From positions 116,994,001 to 117,058,000 of the forward strand of contig NC_091993.1 in NCBI RefSeq assembly GCF_044704955.1: 64,000 nucleotides of DNA. Reading direction: 5' to 3'. The notes under the pieces were generated by a model. It worked only from the letters and a program-made list of their open reading frames with translations. It did not search any database and had not been told where the DNA came from. Below, piece by piece: positions 47,205-59,815 of the stretch (the stretch's first letter is position 1; each line of letters starts with the position of its first letter). This stretch comes from Pristiophorus japonicus. Taxonomy: Eukaryota. The translations under genes and the position numbers were made by a program.

Positions 47205-50200
47205 TGTGCTCTGGCTTAGCTCTCCCCATACTTAAGTGCCAATAGCCCTTGCACCTTGGCTGTGCTTTGGCTTGGCTCTCTCCCTGTTAACCCCCAAGTC
47301 CTTTTGCCACAACGTTGGGTAGTGGTTACCAGTTTGGATGGTTCGATGATGCAATGGAGGTTCCAGTGAGTTCTGGGTGTGATCCATGTGTGTGTCTATG
47401 GCTACATACATCCATCCCCCGTCACCCCCCCACACCCCCACAGCAAGATCATGCAGCTGGCCCATTACATTAACATACAGGTTCAGACACAGTGCAAGTA
47501 CAAAGAAAGGACATTTGTTTTTTTTTATTTCAAAATATACTTTATTCATATAAAAATTTGTACAGTTCATTCAAAAGCAGTTCAGTACATTTAGCTGCGG
47601 TCAGCAATCCCATACACTACATTTGGGTGCTGACGGCAGTTCCGTTCGATACATTTCCTTGCTTTTCATTTCAAGTACAATTCGATACAATACGGGATAC
47701 ATTGTAGTACATTCAACAAATGACATTACATGTGTCACTACACAGTACACGGAATGGGTGACGGTACATTTACATTTTTTCTTTTCAACGTGCATTACGA
47801 AAAGAAAGGACATTTGTTATCATGACACCTTAGTTCAGGGAATTACATTTGTTACGTTTTATGGTCCTGCGCCAGGATTGGGTAGATTGCATTCATGGTT
47901 CAGTCATGGTCAGTACTGAGGTAGCAGTACAGGTATGCCAGGATGCTGGTTCCAGAGTAACCGGACGGGGTCCTACTCGTCTGATGGCGGCGCTGCGCCC
48001 CCTGCTGGCGGGATGGGCTTGGTTCGCTCACCTTGCCAGGACTCGGGGCCTTTGCCGTTGCCTAGTGGTGGGCAGAGCCACAGATGTGTGTGGCCTCCCT
48101 GTCCTCCTTTGAGGGCTGCAGAATCTTCTGCCTGCTCTCCAATGGTGTTGGGAACCTGACTGTTCCAGGTCCCGTTTGGGGAACTCGTTGGTTCTGACCT
48201 TTCGCTCCCAGATATGGCCGAGGTAGTGACTGGGTCTGGGGGCTGCGCCATCTCCACCCGGGTGGTGGGTAACGGCGGGCAACTACGAGTATTGGCGCCA
48301 TTTTCGTTTCCAGGTCCGTGGCGAATAGTGCCATCGGGTGCCTGCAGCGTGGGATAGACCTGGGGTAGAGTATCAGGATCAGTGCATTCACCCTCCTGAG
48401 GTCGCTGGCCTATAACTTGTGGGGACACCTGGGGCAGGGCATCAGGATCAGCGCCTTTACTCTCCCGAATTCACTCGCTTGCTACTCTTGGGGCACTCTA
48501 TGCACGACATCTCGCAACAACGTTTTGTTCTTTACATTAGGAATAGTACCGACATCTCACAACAACATTTTGTTCACAATCTTAATCGGTTTGTTACATT
48601 GATTGCCATGCATGCAATGTCTCTTTAACTTCAGTTGGTTGCAGGTCTCCTTTAAGAGAACCCTGATGGCTTTACCCCAATCAAATCCTTTGTTAGACAC
48701 CACGTGTTGGTCCCTCAGCTTTGCACCTCGTGGTATTACCGCGGACATCTTTTTTTTCAGCCACGCTGCAACTCGCTGCAGCAGGGACGCCATCTTGCCT
48801 CTGTCCTCGAGGTCGACTGCCTTGATCTTTCTCTCCCGCGATTCTGCCACAAAAGCTGGAAAAGTGCCTGTGAATTCGACCTTCCTCCCCAGGAGTCCTG
48901 CCACTGGAGCCGGGGAGGTACTTTTAGGTCGTTCCGGCCGGATCATTGCCACACAGTCGTGATGGATGGTCTGTGCCTCAGGTGCTGCGCTGGTCTGTTC
49001 TCTGGTGCCTGGCCCAAGAGAAGGTGAGGTGCCTCTGAGCACGGGGGACAGGATCTTCCCCATCCACTTTCTTCCGAGTAGTGTTGGACCATCACCTGCA
49101 ACAATCCACAAAGGTAACTTGTGCAAGATTCCATTATGGATTACATTTACATCTGCACTACCAAGTGCACAACTTTTCCTGTACTGGAACCAGCTCGGGT
49201 CGTTTTTTGTTCCATAGCCTCTCAAAGGCATCCTGGCTCATCACTGACTGGCTCGCTCCCGTGTCCACTCCCATGAAGACTGGAACGCCGTTTATCTCGA
49301 CTTCCATCTTCACTGGAGGACAATCGGTGGTGCAGGTATACACTCCATACACTTCTTCTTGGGGCTGAGCTGCCTCTCTGGCCATATCATCATACTCCCC
49401 GCTGGATTCAAAGTCATCTGACGACTCCTCTGCTAGACGGTGAGTCGTATTTCTTTTACACATAGGCTAGAAGTGTCTCTTCATGTTACAAGCTTTGCAT
49501 ACATACTCAGCAAACCGACACTGGTGAGCCCTATGGTTTCCTCCGCAACGCCAGTATGGTGCTACTCGATTAGCACCCCTCGGCGGATTCTGAGTTCTGG
49601 AACCCTGAGGTCTGTGCTATCTGCCCTGGGCAGAGCCATGTTCTACAGTCTTGCCTGTGAAAGGCACCATTCTGTGTACAGTACTTGTTGGGTTTGAGTC
49701 CACAGGATGAATAATTTGCTTGGTGCTGCAGGTTGAGGTCAGGAATGCCTGACTGATGCTGATGGCCTTCTGCAGGTGGACTGTGGTGTTGGCAGATAAT
49801 AGCTTGTGAAGGAGGCCCTCGTCGCCAATTCCTATAACGAAGATGTCTCGCAATGCTTCGTTGAGGTGCGTGCTGAAATCACACGGTGCCGCAAGTCTCC
49901 TGAGGTCAGCAGCACATTTTGCAATCTCCTGGCCCTCAGGTCTGCGGTGAGTGTAGAATCTGTGCCTGGCCGTGAGGATGCTCTCTTTTGGTTTTAGTTG
50001 GTCGCGAATTAGTTCAGTCAGTTCATCGCATGTCTTATCCTTGGCCTTCGTGGGTGCCAGCAAGTCCCTGACGAGACGGTAGACCTCAGGCCCACAACTG
50101 GTCAGCAGTATAGCCTTGTGCTTCTCCACCAATGCGTCCGTCTCCCCTGCCAGGTCGTTTGCCACAAAATATTGCTCGAGTCTTTCCGTGAAGGCATCCC

Positions 50201-50577
50201 AATCATCACTCTCTGCGAAGTCTTTTAGTGTGCCAAAGTTAGTCATAATCACGTGAAAGTCCATATACTCATCGGCAGTTGTTATGTATGGAATGCACTT
50301 ATGAATGACTCTACGAGGCAATGTGTTGTACTCAAACTGTAGTGACCTTGGTCCTTTATTCGTAACTCCAGAGTGAGCTAGCCACATGGTGGCTACCCTT
50401 TTATACAGCCTCTGCCACCAGGGCAGGAAACACCAGTCTCCACCAGTTGCACCCTCTAGTGGTGCCAGCATAGTATATACACAGTGTAAACCTTATTGAT
50501 AGTACATCAGCTAGTCCATCTTATGCAACTATACAGTGATTACATAGAGAGTATATCTATAGTCTGCATATATAACA
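47205..50577 (-). mobile_element. Non-autonomous Gypsy derivative (LTR 50280-50577, gag, Zn knuckle, protease; no RT/IN)
   Basis: TG..CA LTR; degenerate PBS; Gag homologous to 25519-26106; VDTGA protease; left boundary uncertain and no second LTR seen. Confidence 0.8.
47520..47800 (-). mobile_element. Short poly(A)-tailed L1/Tx1-type insertion
   Basis: 18-bp TSD AAAGAAAGGACATTTGTT (47502-47519, 47801-47818); AATAAA plus A-tract on minus. Confidence 0.8.
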
Positions 50578-53500
50578 GTTACCTCCTCAAAAAATTCAAT
50601 TAGGTTAGTCAAACATGATCTTCCCTTAACAAATCCGCACTGACTGTCCCTGATTAATCCTTGCCTTTCTAAATGTAGATTTATCCTGTCCTTCATGATT
50701 TTTTCCAATAATTTTCCCACCACTGAGGTTGGGCTGACAGACCTGTAATTACTCAGCTTATCCATTTTTCCCTTCTTAAACAAGCGTACCACATTAGCAG
50801 TCCTCCAGTCCTCAGGCATCATGCCTGAATCCAAAAAAAACTCGAAAATGATGGTCAAGGCCTCTGCTATTTCTTCTTTTATTTCACTCAACAGCCTGGG
50901 ATGCATTTCATTCGGGCCTGGGGACTTAGCCACTTTCAAAGCCATTAAACCCTTTAATACCTCCTCTCTCACTATGTTTATTTCATCCAAAATTTCACAC
51001 TCCTCCTCGATAGCAGTATCTGCATTGCCCCTTTCCTTTGTGAAAACAGACCCCAGAAGCGGTCCCAATACCTCAGGAATTTTAAAGCCCTCATTCCTGC
51101 ACCAACTCTCCATTCACGGGTTCATCCTTTCTATCCTTCTATTCTTGCACTCATTAGTACTTGTGGCACCGGTAGTAACCCAGAGATTATTACCTTTGAG
51201 GTCCTACCCTTTAATTTTTCTCCTAGCTCCCTAAATTCTGCCTGCAGGACCTCATCCCTCTTTCTAGCTATGTAATTGGTCCCAATATGGACCACAACCT
51301 CTAGCTGTTCACCCTCTCCCCCCCAGAATGCCCTGCGTCCGCTCTGTGACATCTTTGACCCTGGCATCAGGGAGGCACCATACCATCCTGGAATCACGTC
51401 TATGGCCGCAGAAACGCCGCTCTATTCCCTTAACTATTGAATCCCCTACCACTACAGTCCTTTTATTTTTTGTTCCTCCCCCATGTGCAGCTGAGCCACC
51501 CATGGTGCCTTGGACTTGGCTCTGACTGCACTCCCCAGAGGCACCATCGCCCTCACGGCGCTCAGGAGAAAATATCGGTTGGAAAGCGAGATGGACTTGG
51601 GGGGGGGACTCCTGCACTACCTGCCTAGCATTCTTCCTCTATCTGGTGTTCACCCTCTGCCCCTCTGCCTGCATGCTTTAAGCTGCGGGGTGACCACCAC
51701 CTGAAATGTGCTATCCACATAGCTCTCAGCCTTGTGGATGCACCGTGGTGACTCCAGCCTCTGCTCAAGCTCCGAAACACGGAGCCCGACTAGTTGAAGC
51801 TGGAGATAACGCCTGCACACATGGTTGTCTCGGCCGCACGAAATGTCCAGGACTTCCCACATGCCACAGGATGTGCAGTCCACAGGACTGAGCTGCCCTG
51901 CCATTCCTCTAATTAGACTTATCTGATTATAAAAGAGAAAGAGAAAGAGAGGTACTTTCCAATCAAACAGCCAATCACTTACCTGCCCGGATGTAAGGGG
52001 GTGGTCTCTATGAGGGGGTCAGGTTCCTTTCTGACCAACTTGAGCGGTTCGAATCGCTCCCACTCCCTTGGGTTCTAAACTCTGGATTTATTTGGGGGGG
52101 GGGGGGGTGTGACAAAAGTGCAAAGGACACTGGTTTGATGCAAAAGAACTTTGTTTTTATTACAGTCAAGGAAATACAAGCTTATTACTCTAGTAAGAGA
52201 ATACAAGGCCAAACTTACAATCGTTCTAATAAGGGACAATACAAGGAAAGGTACAAGGTCAAACTTATAATCACTCTAATAAAGAACCATACACTACACA
52301 TTCAAAGAGGGTTACAGTAAAATTACACCTCACACCTCCCAATTCCTAATTCTAGCTAGGTTGGGCTCCAGGGCAGGCAGGGACTATGCTTCCCAATCCT
52401 TTTGACAGTTATCGGTAGATTGTGGTTTCGGGGTTCGCTGGATGTGGTAGGGTCTGCTTGCCGTACCCCGCACGTCGGAGAAGACTTCTTGCTGTGCAAT
52501 CTTCAGTTGGGTTAAGTCCGCTGATGCGGTAAAGTGTGTTTTGGATCTGTGGGGTAAGTACCTGTTTTCTTTGGCTAGAAATAGGTTTCTACAGTCTGTT
52601 AGGTAATGTTTTACCCGTTGGTACATCAGGATTAGATTGTAGAGTGGAAACTTTTCGATTCTTCGTTTTTTTCCCGTTGGAGTTTTGTTCGAGTTTGGTC
52701 GCTCGCGGTGGGTTTTCCGTTGATACCACTTTGGCTGTGGTCGGTTGCTGCCGCGATGGTGATGTTCTTCCTTCCTTCAGGACTTCAGAACTTCAAGGCT
52801 GGAGAAGTTAGTTTACAACTGTTGCGTTGGTTTCTCTCCTTGTCGTGATGACACAGCGTAGTGTGGTACTAGTCTGTCAGTCAAAGTGCGTCAATCCCTC
52901 TGTTGAAAACACGGGCCAGTTATACGATTTCAGTGGTTCTAATCTTGGCGCCAAATCAGTTCAAAATCCTTTGTATAAATTTGGCGGGCTTGGCTCTTCT
53001 TTGTAATATTTTGGCGGGCTCGTTAAAAGTTGATATGTTTTGGGTGAGTTGATGTTCAAAAACTGTTTCCTGATGGAAATATTAGTTTGGTAATTGCAAT
53101 GTCCTTTTGTACTTAGTTTTTGCATACAGGTTGGATTGGGCCTCTTTGTGATGTATATGCTGAAAGGGTTTTCCAGATCCATGTTGATGGGTAGCTAAGT
53201 CTGGGTGATTTTGTGATGTTAATGTCTCTTGTGGAGAAGGATTCTCGAACACTCATTCCTCCAGACAGGTTAACTTAGTCCTCACACCCAGGTAGCCTCA
53301 CTTAATCAGGTTGTCTCCTGCCAGTTCCTTAGGCCCACCCACAGCCTTGAATTTGTCTTTTAAAAATCCAAAATTCTATTAAAGTTTGTAGTTTCTTCCA
53401 TAAGCACTTTAGAGTTCCAAACTTTTCAGTAGATAGTCCCAAATTAAATTTCCTTTCGAATGAGCCCAAACACGGGGTGGGAGGGTTCTTGTGAATTTTG

Positions 53501-53650
53501 CGTCCCTTCACGGATGAGGGCTGTGAGCTCCTCACCAGAAGTGAACTCCTCGCCGACCTCTGGGCCTCCTGCTCTTCGAACTCGGGAACTCTCAGATCTT
53601 TGGGCCTCCCGAACTCTCAGAACTCCCGAATCTCCCAAACTCTCGGGCCT
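50578..53650 (-). mobile_element. CR1 5' part: 5' UTR, ORF1 (Zn finger/zipper + SGNH esterase) joined by deletion to ORF2 RT; split by a solo LTR
   Basis: CTSCGMWE, VVVGDSIV, VHIGTN motifs, then KSPGP..HPRLL..CLTNLIEFFEEVT. Confidence 0.85.
51992..53510 (-). mobile_element. Long (1519 bp) solo LTR
   Basis: TGTAA...TTCA ends; CGGA 4-bp TSD; related to 34692-36331. Confidence 0.8.
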
Positions 53651-54525
53651 CAAGAGGGCAGAATTAGAGGAGCATAGACATCTCGGGGGGTTAAGAACAT
53701 AAGAACATAAGAATTAGGAACAGGAGTAGGCCATCTAGCCCCTTGAACCTGCTCTGCCATTCAACAAGATCATGGCTGATCTGCATGGGGCTGGAGGAGA
53801 TTACAGAGATAGGGAGGGGCGAGGCCATGGAGGAATTTGAAAATAAGGATGAGAATTTGAGGCGTTGTTTAACCGGGAGCTAATGTAGGTCAGCAAGCAC
53901 AGGGATGATGGGTGAGCGGGACTTGGTGCGAGTTAGGACATGGGCTGCTGAGTTTTGGATCACCTCTAGTTTATGTGGGGTAGAATGTGGGAGGAGTGCA
54001 TTGGAATAGTCAAGTGTGGCGGTAATAAAAGCATGGATGAGGGCTTCAGCAGTGGATGAGCTGAGGTAAGGGCGGAGGCGGGCGATATTATGCAGGTAGA
54101 AATAAGTGGTCTTAGTTATGCTGTGGATATGTGGTCAAAAGCTCATTTTGGGATCAAATATAACACCACCTTGAACAGTCTGGTTCAGCTTCAGACAGAA
54201 GTTGGGGAGAGGGATGAAGTCAGTTGCTAGGGAACAGAGCTTGTGGCGGGGACCAAAAACAATGGCTTCAGTCTTCCCAATATTCAATTGGAGAAAATTT
54301 CTGCTCATCCAGAACTGGATGTTGGACAAGCAGCCTGACAATTTAGAGACCGAGGAGGGGTCGCGAGAAGTGGTAGTGAGGTAGAGCTGGGTGTCGTCAG
54401 CGTACATGTGGAAACTGACGCTGCGTTTTCAGATGACGTCGTCAAGCCGCAACATGTAGATGAGAAATAGGAGGGGATGAAGGATGGATCCTTGGGGGAC
54501 ACCAGAGGTAATGATGCGAGGGAAG
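53651..54525 (-). mobile_element. L2-clade LINE RT fragment (with a CR1 tail at about 53691-53785)
   Basis: GVPQGSIL.PLLF..YADDTQLY..WMSRNFLQLNIGKTE. Confidence 0.85.
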
Positions 54526-55165
54526 GAATGGAAAGGGCTACTGTTTCATGAATTTGCGACCACAAATTATGGTTATTACCCTAGCAGCTCCTATTATTCA
54601 GTCACCCTAAGCCATTTCACGGTACTGGTACTATTTGAAGAACCACAAAGATTACAGGAATAGCTGCATGGAGATGAAGGACATAGACTGCATCCATGAC
54701 CGATGGCACCGTTGTGAAACACAAGGAAAATGCTGTATACGCTTTCACCAGTGCACTGTATTTGCTTCAAGGGCTCTTTGCTTAAGAATTCATAGCAACA
54801 CATTGCTATTTAGAACTAGTTGGTTTATTAGCAACAGGTTTAACAATCACACTACACATTACCAGTTCACAACCACCTGCCCCATTGTGGATCCCCTGAA
54901 CCCAACTGGCTGGGGTTTTATTGAGTCTCATGAACATCACGCGACTGGCTAAGCCACTCCCAACTCAACAGCTCTACAAACCTGTGAAAATACTCACAGA
55001 TGCATAAATTGCAACCAGGGTTTTAGTTTAAAACATCAATACTGTCCCAAAGCAGTGCTTTAGCAGCCCGGTCAGTTCTTGGCGTACTGCTGCGATACAA
55101 TCTGGCCAAGGTGGCAAAGAGTTTTGTGGCCTGCTGTGTCCTGCAGAACTTTGCCCTACGCAGCT
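54525..55165 (+). pseudogene. PIF/Harbinger (HARBI1-like) DDE transposase fossil split by a solo LTR
   Basis: Hand translation: NGKGYCFMN..YPSSS..LHGDEGHRLHP*PMAPL..KQCF..RYNLAKVAKSFVACCVLQNFAL. Confidence 0.7.
54752..55013 (-). mobile_element. Solo LTR (262 bp)
   Basis: TGCA...TGCA ends; ACCAG 5-bp TSD; homologous to 63283-63543. Confidence 0.8.
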
Positions 55166-55486
55166 AAGAAGCAGGCACTTCCTGCTCACAACGAGCATTC
55201 ACTTCCTGCCCGCGATATTGGAGGCTTTGCACCTGAAAAATGTGCTCAGCACTATTGAGTTTCTAGGCCGATGTCTGAACACATGTCTTAAAACAACAAA
55301 AGTCTCTATGCACTGTCACTATGCACTGTCTTGATGTGTACTTTTAAATAGCGTATTTTGTGAGAACAGGAATGGTTGTGCAGTGTGATAGCAAATATCT
55401 TCACACTTCTTGATCTCTTGAACCTTCTTGTATAGAAAAGCAGAAGTGTGGTTATGGATGCCAGTAACTTGCTAGCAAACTGGTAA

Positions 55487-56182
55487 GTGTTTGAAGACCA
55501 GGCCCTCAAAACTGCCACCAAGCTTATGGTCTATAGGGTTGTAGTAATACCCGCCCTCCTGTATGGCTCAGAGTCATGGACCATGTACAGTAGACACCTC
55601 AAGTTGCTGGAGAAATACCACCAACGATGTCTCCGCAAGATCCAACAAATCCCTTGGGAGGACAGACGCACCAACGTTAGTGTCCTCGACCAGGCCAACA
55701 TCCCCAGCATTGAAGCACTGACCAGACTTGATCAGCTCCGCTGGGCAGGCCACATAGTTCGCATGCCAAACACGAGACACCCAAAGCAAGTGCTCTGCTC
55801 AGAGCTCCTTCACGGCAAACGAGCCAAAAGTGGGCAGCGGAAACGTTACAGGGATACCCTCAAAGCCTCCCTGATAAAGTGCAACATCCCCACTGACACC
55901 TGGGAGTCCCTGGCCCAAGACCGCCCTAAGTTAAGGAAGTGCATCTGGGAAGGCGCTGAGCACCTCAAGTCTCAACGCCGAGAGCATGCAGAAATCAAGC
56001 GCAGGCTGCAGAAAGAGCGTGCGGCAAACCAGTCCCACCCACCCCTCCCCTCAACGACTATCTGTCCCACCTGTGACAGAGTCTGTGGCTCTCGTATTGG
56101 ACTGTTCAGCCACCAAAGAACTCACTTCAGGAGTGCAAGCAAGTCTTCCTTGATTCCGAGGGACTGCCTATGATGATGATGA
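55487..56182 (+). mobile_element. RTE 3' fragment with an open 228-aa C-terminal frame
   Basis: VIPALLYGSESW...CPTCDRVC; (GAT)n tail. Confidence 0.9.
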
Positions 56183-56587
56183 ATTCTATTTGTTCTAAAA
56201 ACTAAAAGAGGTAAAAGGGGTCAGAATAAGGGGCCGCCCATTAGGACGAAGATGAGGAGAAATTTCTTCTCTCAGACGGTCAAGAATCTTTGGAATTCTC
56301 CACCCCAGAGTGCTGTGGAGGCTTGGTCATTGAATATATTAAAGGCGGAGATAGACAGATTCTTGACCTATAGAGGAGTCAAGGGTTATAGGGAACAGGC
56401 AGGAAAGTGGAGTTGAGAGCGGGTTTGAAGTGCCGTATGGTCTGGTCCATCTCCTATTTCTTATGTTGTTATAACTAATTTGCCCCTTGACCACTATCGT
56501 ATAAAGGCAGTTGATTTTCATGTCATAAAAACAGAATAAAAGAAAGTTTTGTGTTAAAAGCTAACCTGGCTCTGTGCTGACCGAGGT

Positions 56588-59500
56588 TAGAAACATATAA
56601 ACATAGAAAATAGGTGAAGGAGTAGGCCATTCGGCCCTTCAAGCCTGCACCACCATTCGATAAGATCATGGCTGATCATTCCCTCAGTACCCCTTTCCTG
56701 CTCTCTCTCCATACCCTTTGATCCCCTTAGCCGTAAGGGCCATACCTAACTCCCTCTTGAATATATCCAATGAACTGGCAAAAACAACTCTCTGCGGCAG
56801 GGAATTCCACAGGTTAACAACTCTCTGAGTGAAGAAGTTTCTCCTCATCTCAGTCCTCAGACTGTGTCCCCTGGTTCTGGACTTCCCCAACATCAGGAAC
56901 AATCTACCTGCATCTAACCTGTCCCGTCCCGTCAGAATCTTGTATGTTTCTATGAGATCCCCTCTCATCCTTCTAAACTCCAATGTATAAAGGCCCAGTT
57001 GATCCAGTCTTTCCTCATATGTCAGTCCAGCCATTCCGGGAATCAGTCTTGTGAACCTTCGCTGCACTCCCTCAATAGCAAGAATGTCCTTCCTCAGATT
57101 AGGAGACCAAAACTGAACACAATATTCCCGGTGAGGCCTCACCAAGGCCCTGTACAACTGCAGTAAGACCTCCCTGCTCCTATACTCAAATCCACTAGCT
57201 ATGAAGGCCAACATACCATTATCCTTCTTTACCGCCTGCTGTACCTGTATGCCAGCTTTCAATGACTAATGAACCATGACACCCAGGTCTCGTTGCACCT
57301 CCCCTTTTCCTAATCTGCCGCCATTCAGATAATATTCTGTCTTCGCGTTTTTGCCACCGAAGTGGATAACCTCACATTTATCCACATACTGCATCTACCA
57401 TGCATTTGCCCATTCACCTAACCTGTCTAAATCACCTTGTAGCCTCCTAGCATCCTTCTCACAGCTCACACCACCATCCAGTTTAGTGTCATCTGCAAAC
57501 TTGGAGATATTACACTCAATTCCTTCATCCAAATCATAGATGTACATTGTAAAGAGCTGGGGTCCCAGCACTGAGCCCTGCGGCACTCCACTAGTCACTG
57601 CCTGCCATTCTGAAAAGGACCCGTTTATCCCGACTCTCTGCTTCCTGTCTGCCAACCAGTTCTCTATCCACGCCAGTACATTACCCCCAATACCATGCGC
57701 TTTGATTTTGCACACCAATCTCTTGTATTGGACCTTGTCAAAAACCTTTTGAAAGTCCAAATACACCACATCCACTGGTTCTCCCTTGTCCACTCTACTA
57801 GTTACATCCTCAAAAGATTCCAGAAGATTTGTCAAGCATGATTTCCCCTTCATAAATCCCATCCTGACTTGGACCGATCCTGTCACTGCTTTCCAAATGC
57901 GCTGCTATTTCATCCTTAATGATGATTCCAACATTGTCCCCACTACTGATGTCAGGCTAACCGGTCTATAATTACCTGCTTTCTCGCTCCCTCCCTTTTT
58001 AAAAACTGGTGTTACATTAGTCCTTAGGAACTAATCCCAAGTCGATAGACTGTTGGAGAATGATCACCAATGCATCCACTATTTCTAGGGCCACTTCCTT
58101 AAGTCCTCTGGGATGCAGACTATCAGGCCCCGGGGATTTATCGGCCTTCAATCCCATCAATTTCCCTAACACAATTTCCCGCCTATTAAGGATATCCTTC
58201 AGTTCCTCCTTCTCACGAGACCCTCGGAATCCTAGCACTTCCGGAAGGTTATTTGTGTCTTCCTTTGTGAAGACAGAACCAAAGTATTTGTTCAATTGGT
58301 CTGCCATTTCTTTGTTTCCCACTATAAATACACCTGAATCTGACTGCAAGGGACCTACATTTGTCTTCACTAATCTTTTTCTCTTCACATATTCATAAAA
58401 GCTTTTGCAGTCAGTTTTTATGTTTCCGGCAAGCTTCTTCTCATACTCTATTTTACCCCTCTTAATTAAACCCTTTGTCCTCCTCTGCTGAATTCTAAAT
58501 TTCTCCCAGTCCTCAGTTTGCTGCTTTTTCTGGCCAATTTATATGCCTCTTCCTTGGATTTAACGCTATCCTTAATTTCCCTTGTTAGCCACAGTTGAGC
58601 CACCTTCCCCGTTTTATTTTTACTCCAGACAGGGATGTACAATTGTTGAAGTTCATCCATGTGATCTTTAAATGTTTGCCATTGCCTATCCACTGTCAAC
58701 CCTTTAAGTATCATTTGCCAGCCTATTCCAGCCAATTCACACCTCATACCGTCGAAGTTACCTTTCCTTAAGTCCAGGACCCTAGTTTCTGAATTAACTG
58801 TGTCACTCTCCATCCTAATAAAGAATTCTACTATGTTATGGTCACTCTTCCCCAAGGGGTCTCGCACAACAAGATTGCTAATTAGTCCTTTCTCATTACA
58901 CATCACCCAGTCTAGAATGGCCAGCTCCCTGGTTGGTTCCTCGACATATTGGTCTAGAAAACCATCCCTAATACACTCCAGGAAATCCTTCTCCACCGCA
59001 TTGCTACCAGGTTGGTTAGCCCAATCAATATGTAGATTAAAGTCACCCATGATAACTGCTGTAGCTTTATTGCATGCATCCCTAATTTCTTGTTTGATGC
59101 TGTCCCTAACCTTACTTCTACTGTTTGGTGGTCTGTACACAACTCCCACTAGCGTTTTCTGCCCTTTAGTATTCCGTAGCTCCACCCATACTGATTCCGC
59201 ATCATCCAAGCTAATGTCCTTTCTTATTATTGCATTAATTTCCTCTTTAACCAGCAATGCCACCCCGCCTCCTTTTCCTTTCTGTCTATGCTTCGTAAAT
59301 GTTGAATACCCCTGGATGTTGAGTTCCCAGCCTTGGTCACCCTGGAGCCATGTCTCCGTGATGCCAATTACATCATACCCGTTAACTGCTATCTGCGCAG
59401 TTAATTCGTCCATCTTATTCCAAATACTCCTCGCATTGAGGCACAGAGCCTTCAGGCTTGTCTTTCTAACACACTTTACCCCTTTAGAATTTTGCTGTAA

Positions 59501-59705
59501 TGTGGCCCTTTTTGCTTTTTGCCTTAGGTTTCTCTGCCCTCCACTTTTACTTTTCTTCTTTCTATCTTTTGCTTCTTCCCCCATTCTACTTCCCTCTGTC
59601 TCCCTGCCTTCCCCCTGCCATATTAGTTTAACTCCTCCCCAACAGCACTAGCAAACACTCCCCCGAGGATATTGGTTCCGGTCCTGCCCAGGTGCAGGCC
59701 GTTAC
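56588..59705 (-). mobile_element. Decayed CR1 with the end of ORF1 and a near-complete broken ORF2
   Basis: ORF pieces 58466-59584 (EN), 58017-58388, 57395-57886, 56684-57262; LHLGRTGTN ORF1 end at about 59630-59700; older relative of 19811-22736. Confidence 0.92.
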
Positions 59706-59815
59706 TTGTAAACAAGTCACTTATATAAGGTGTACATTGCAAAACACTTGATTAGAACAGACTCGAGAGACAACTGCGTAGTGGCGCCTTTATCTTTTCT
59801 TGGAATCGAAACTAT

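Noticed and set aside
55454-55490. Plus-strand ATG..TG|GTAAGT mini-exon (MDASNLLAN)
   Set aside because: The donor abuts an RTE junction and no partner exons were found
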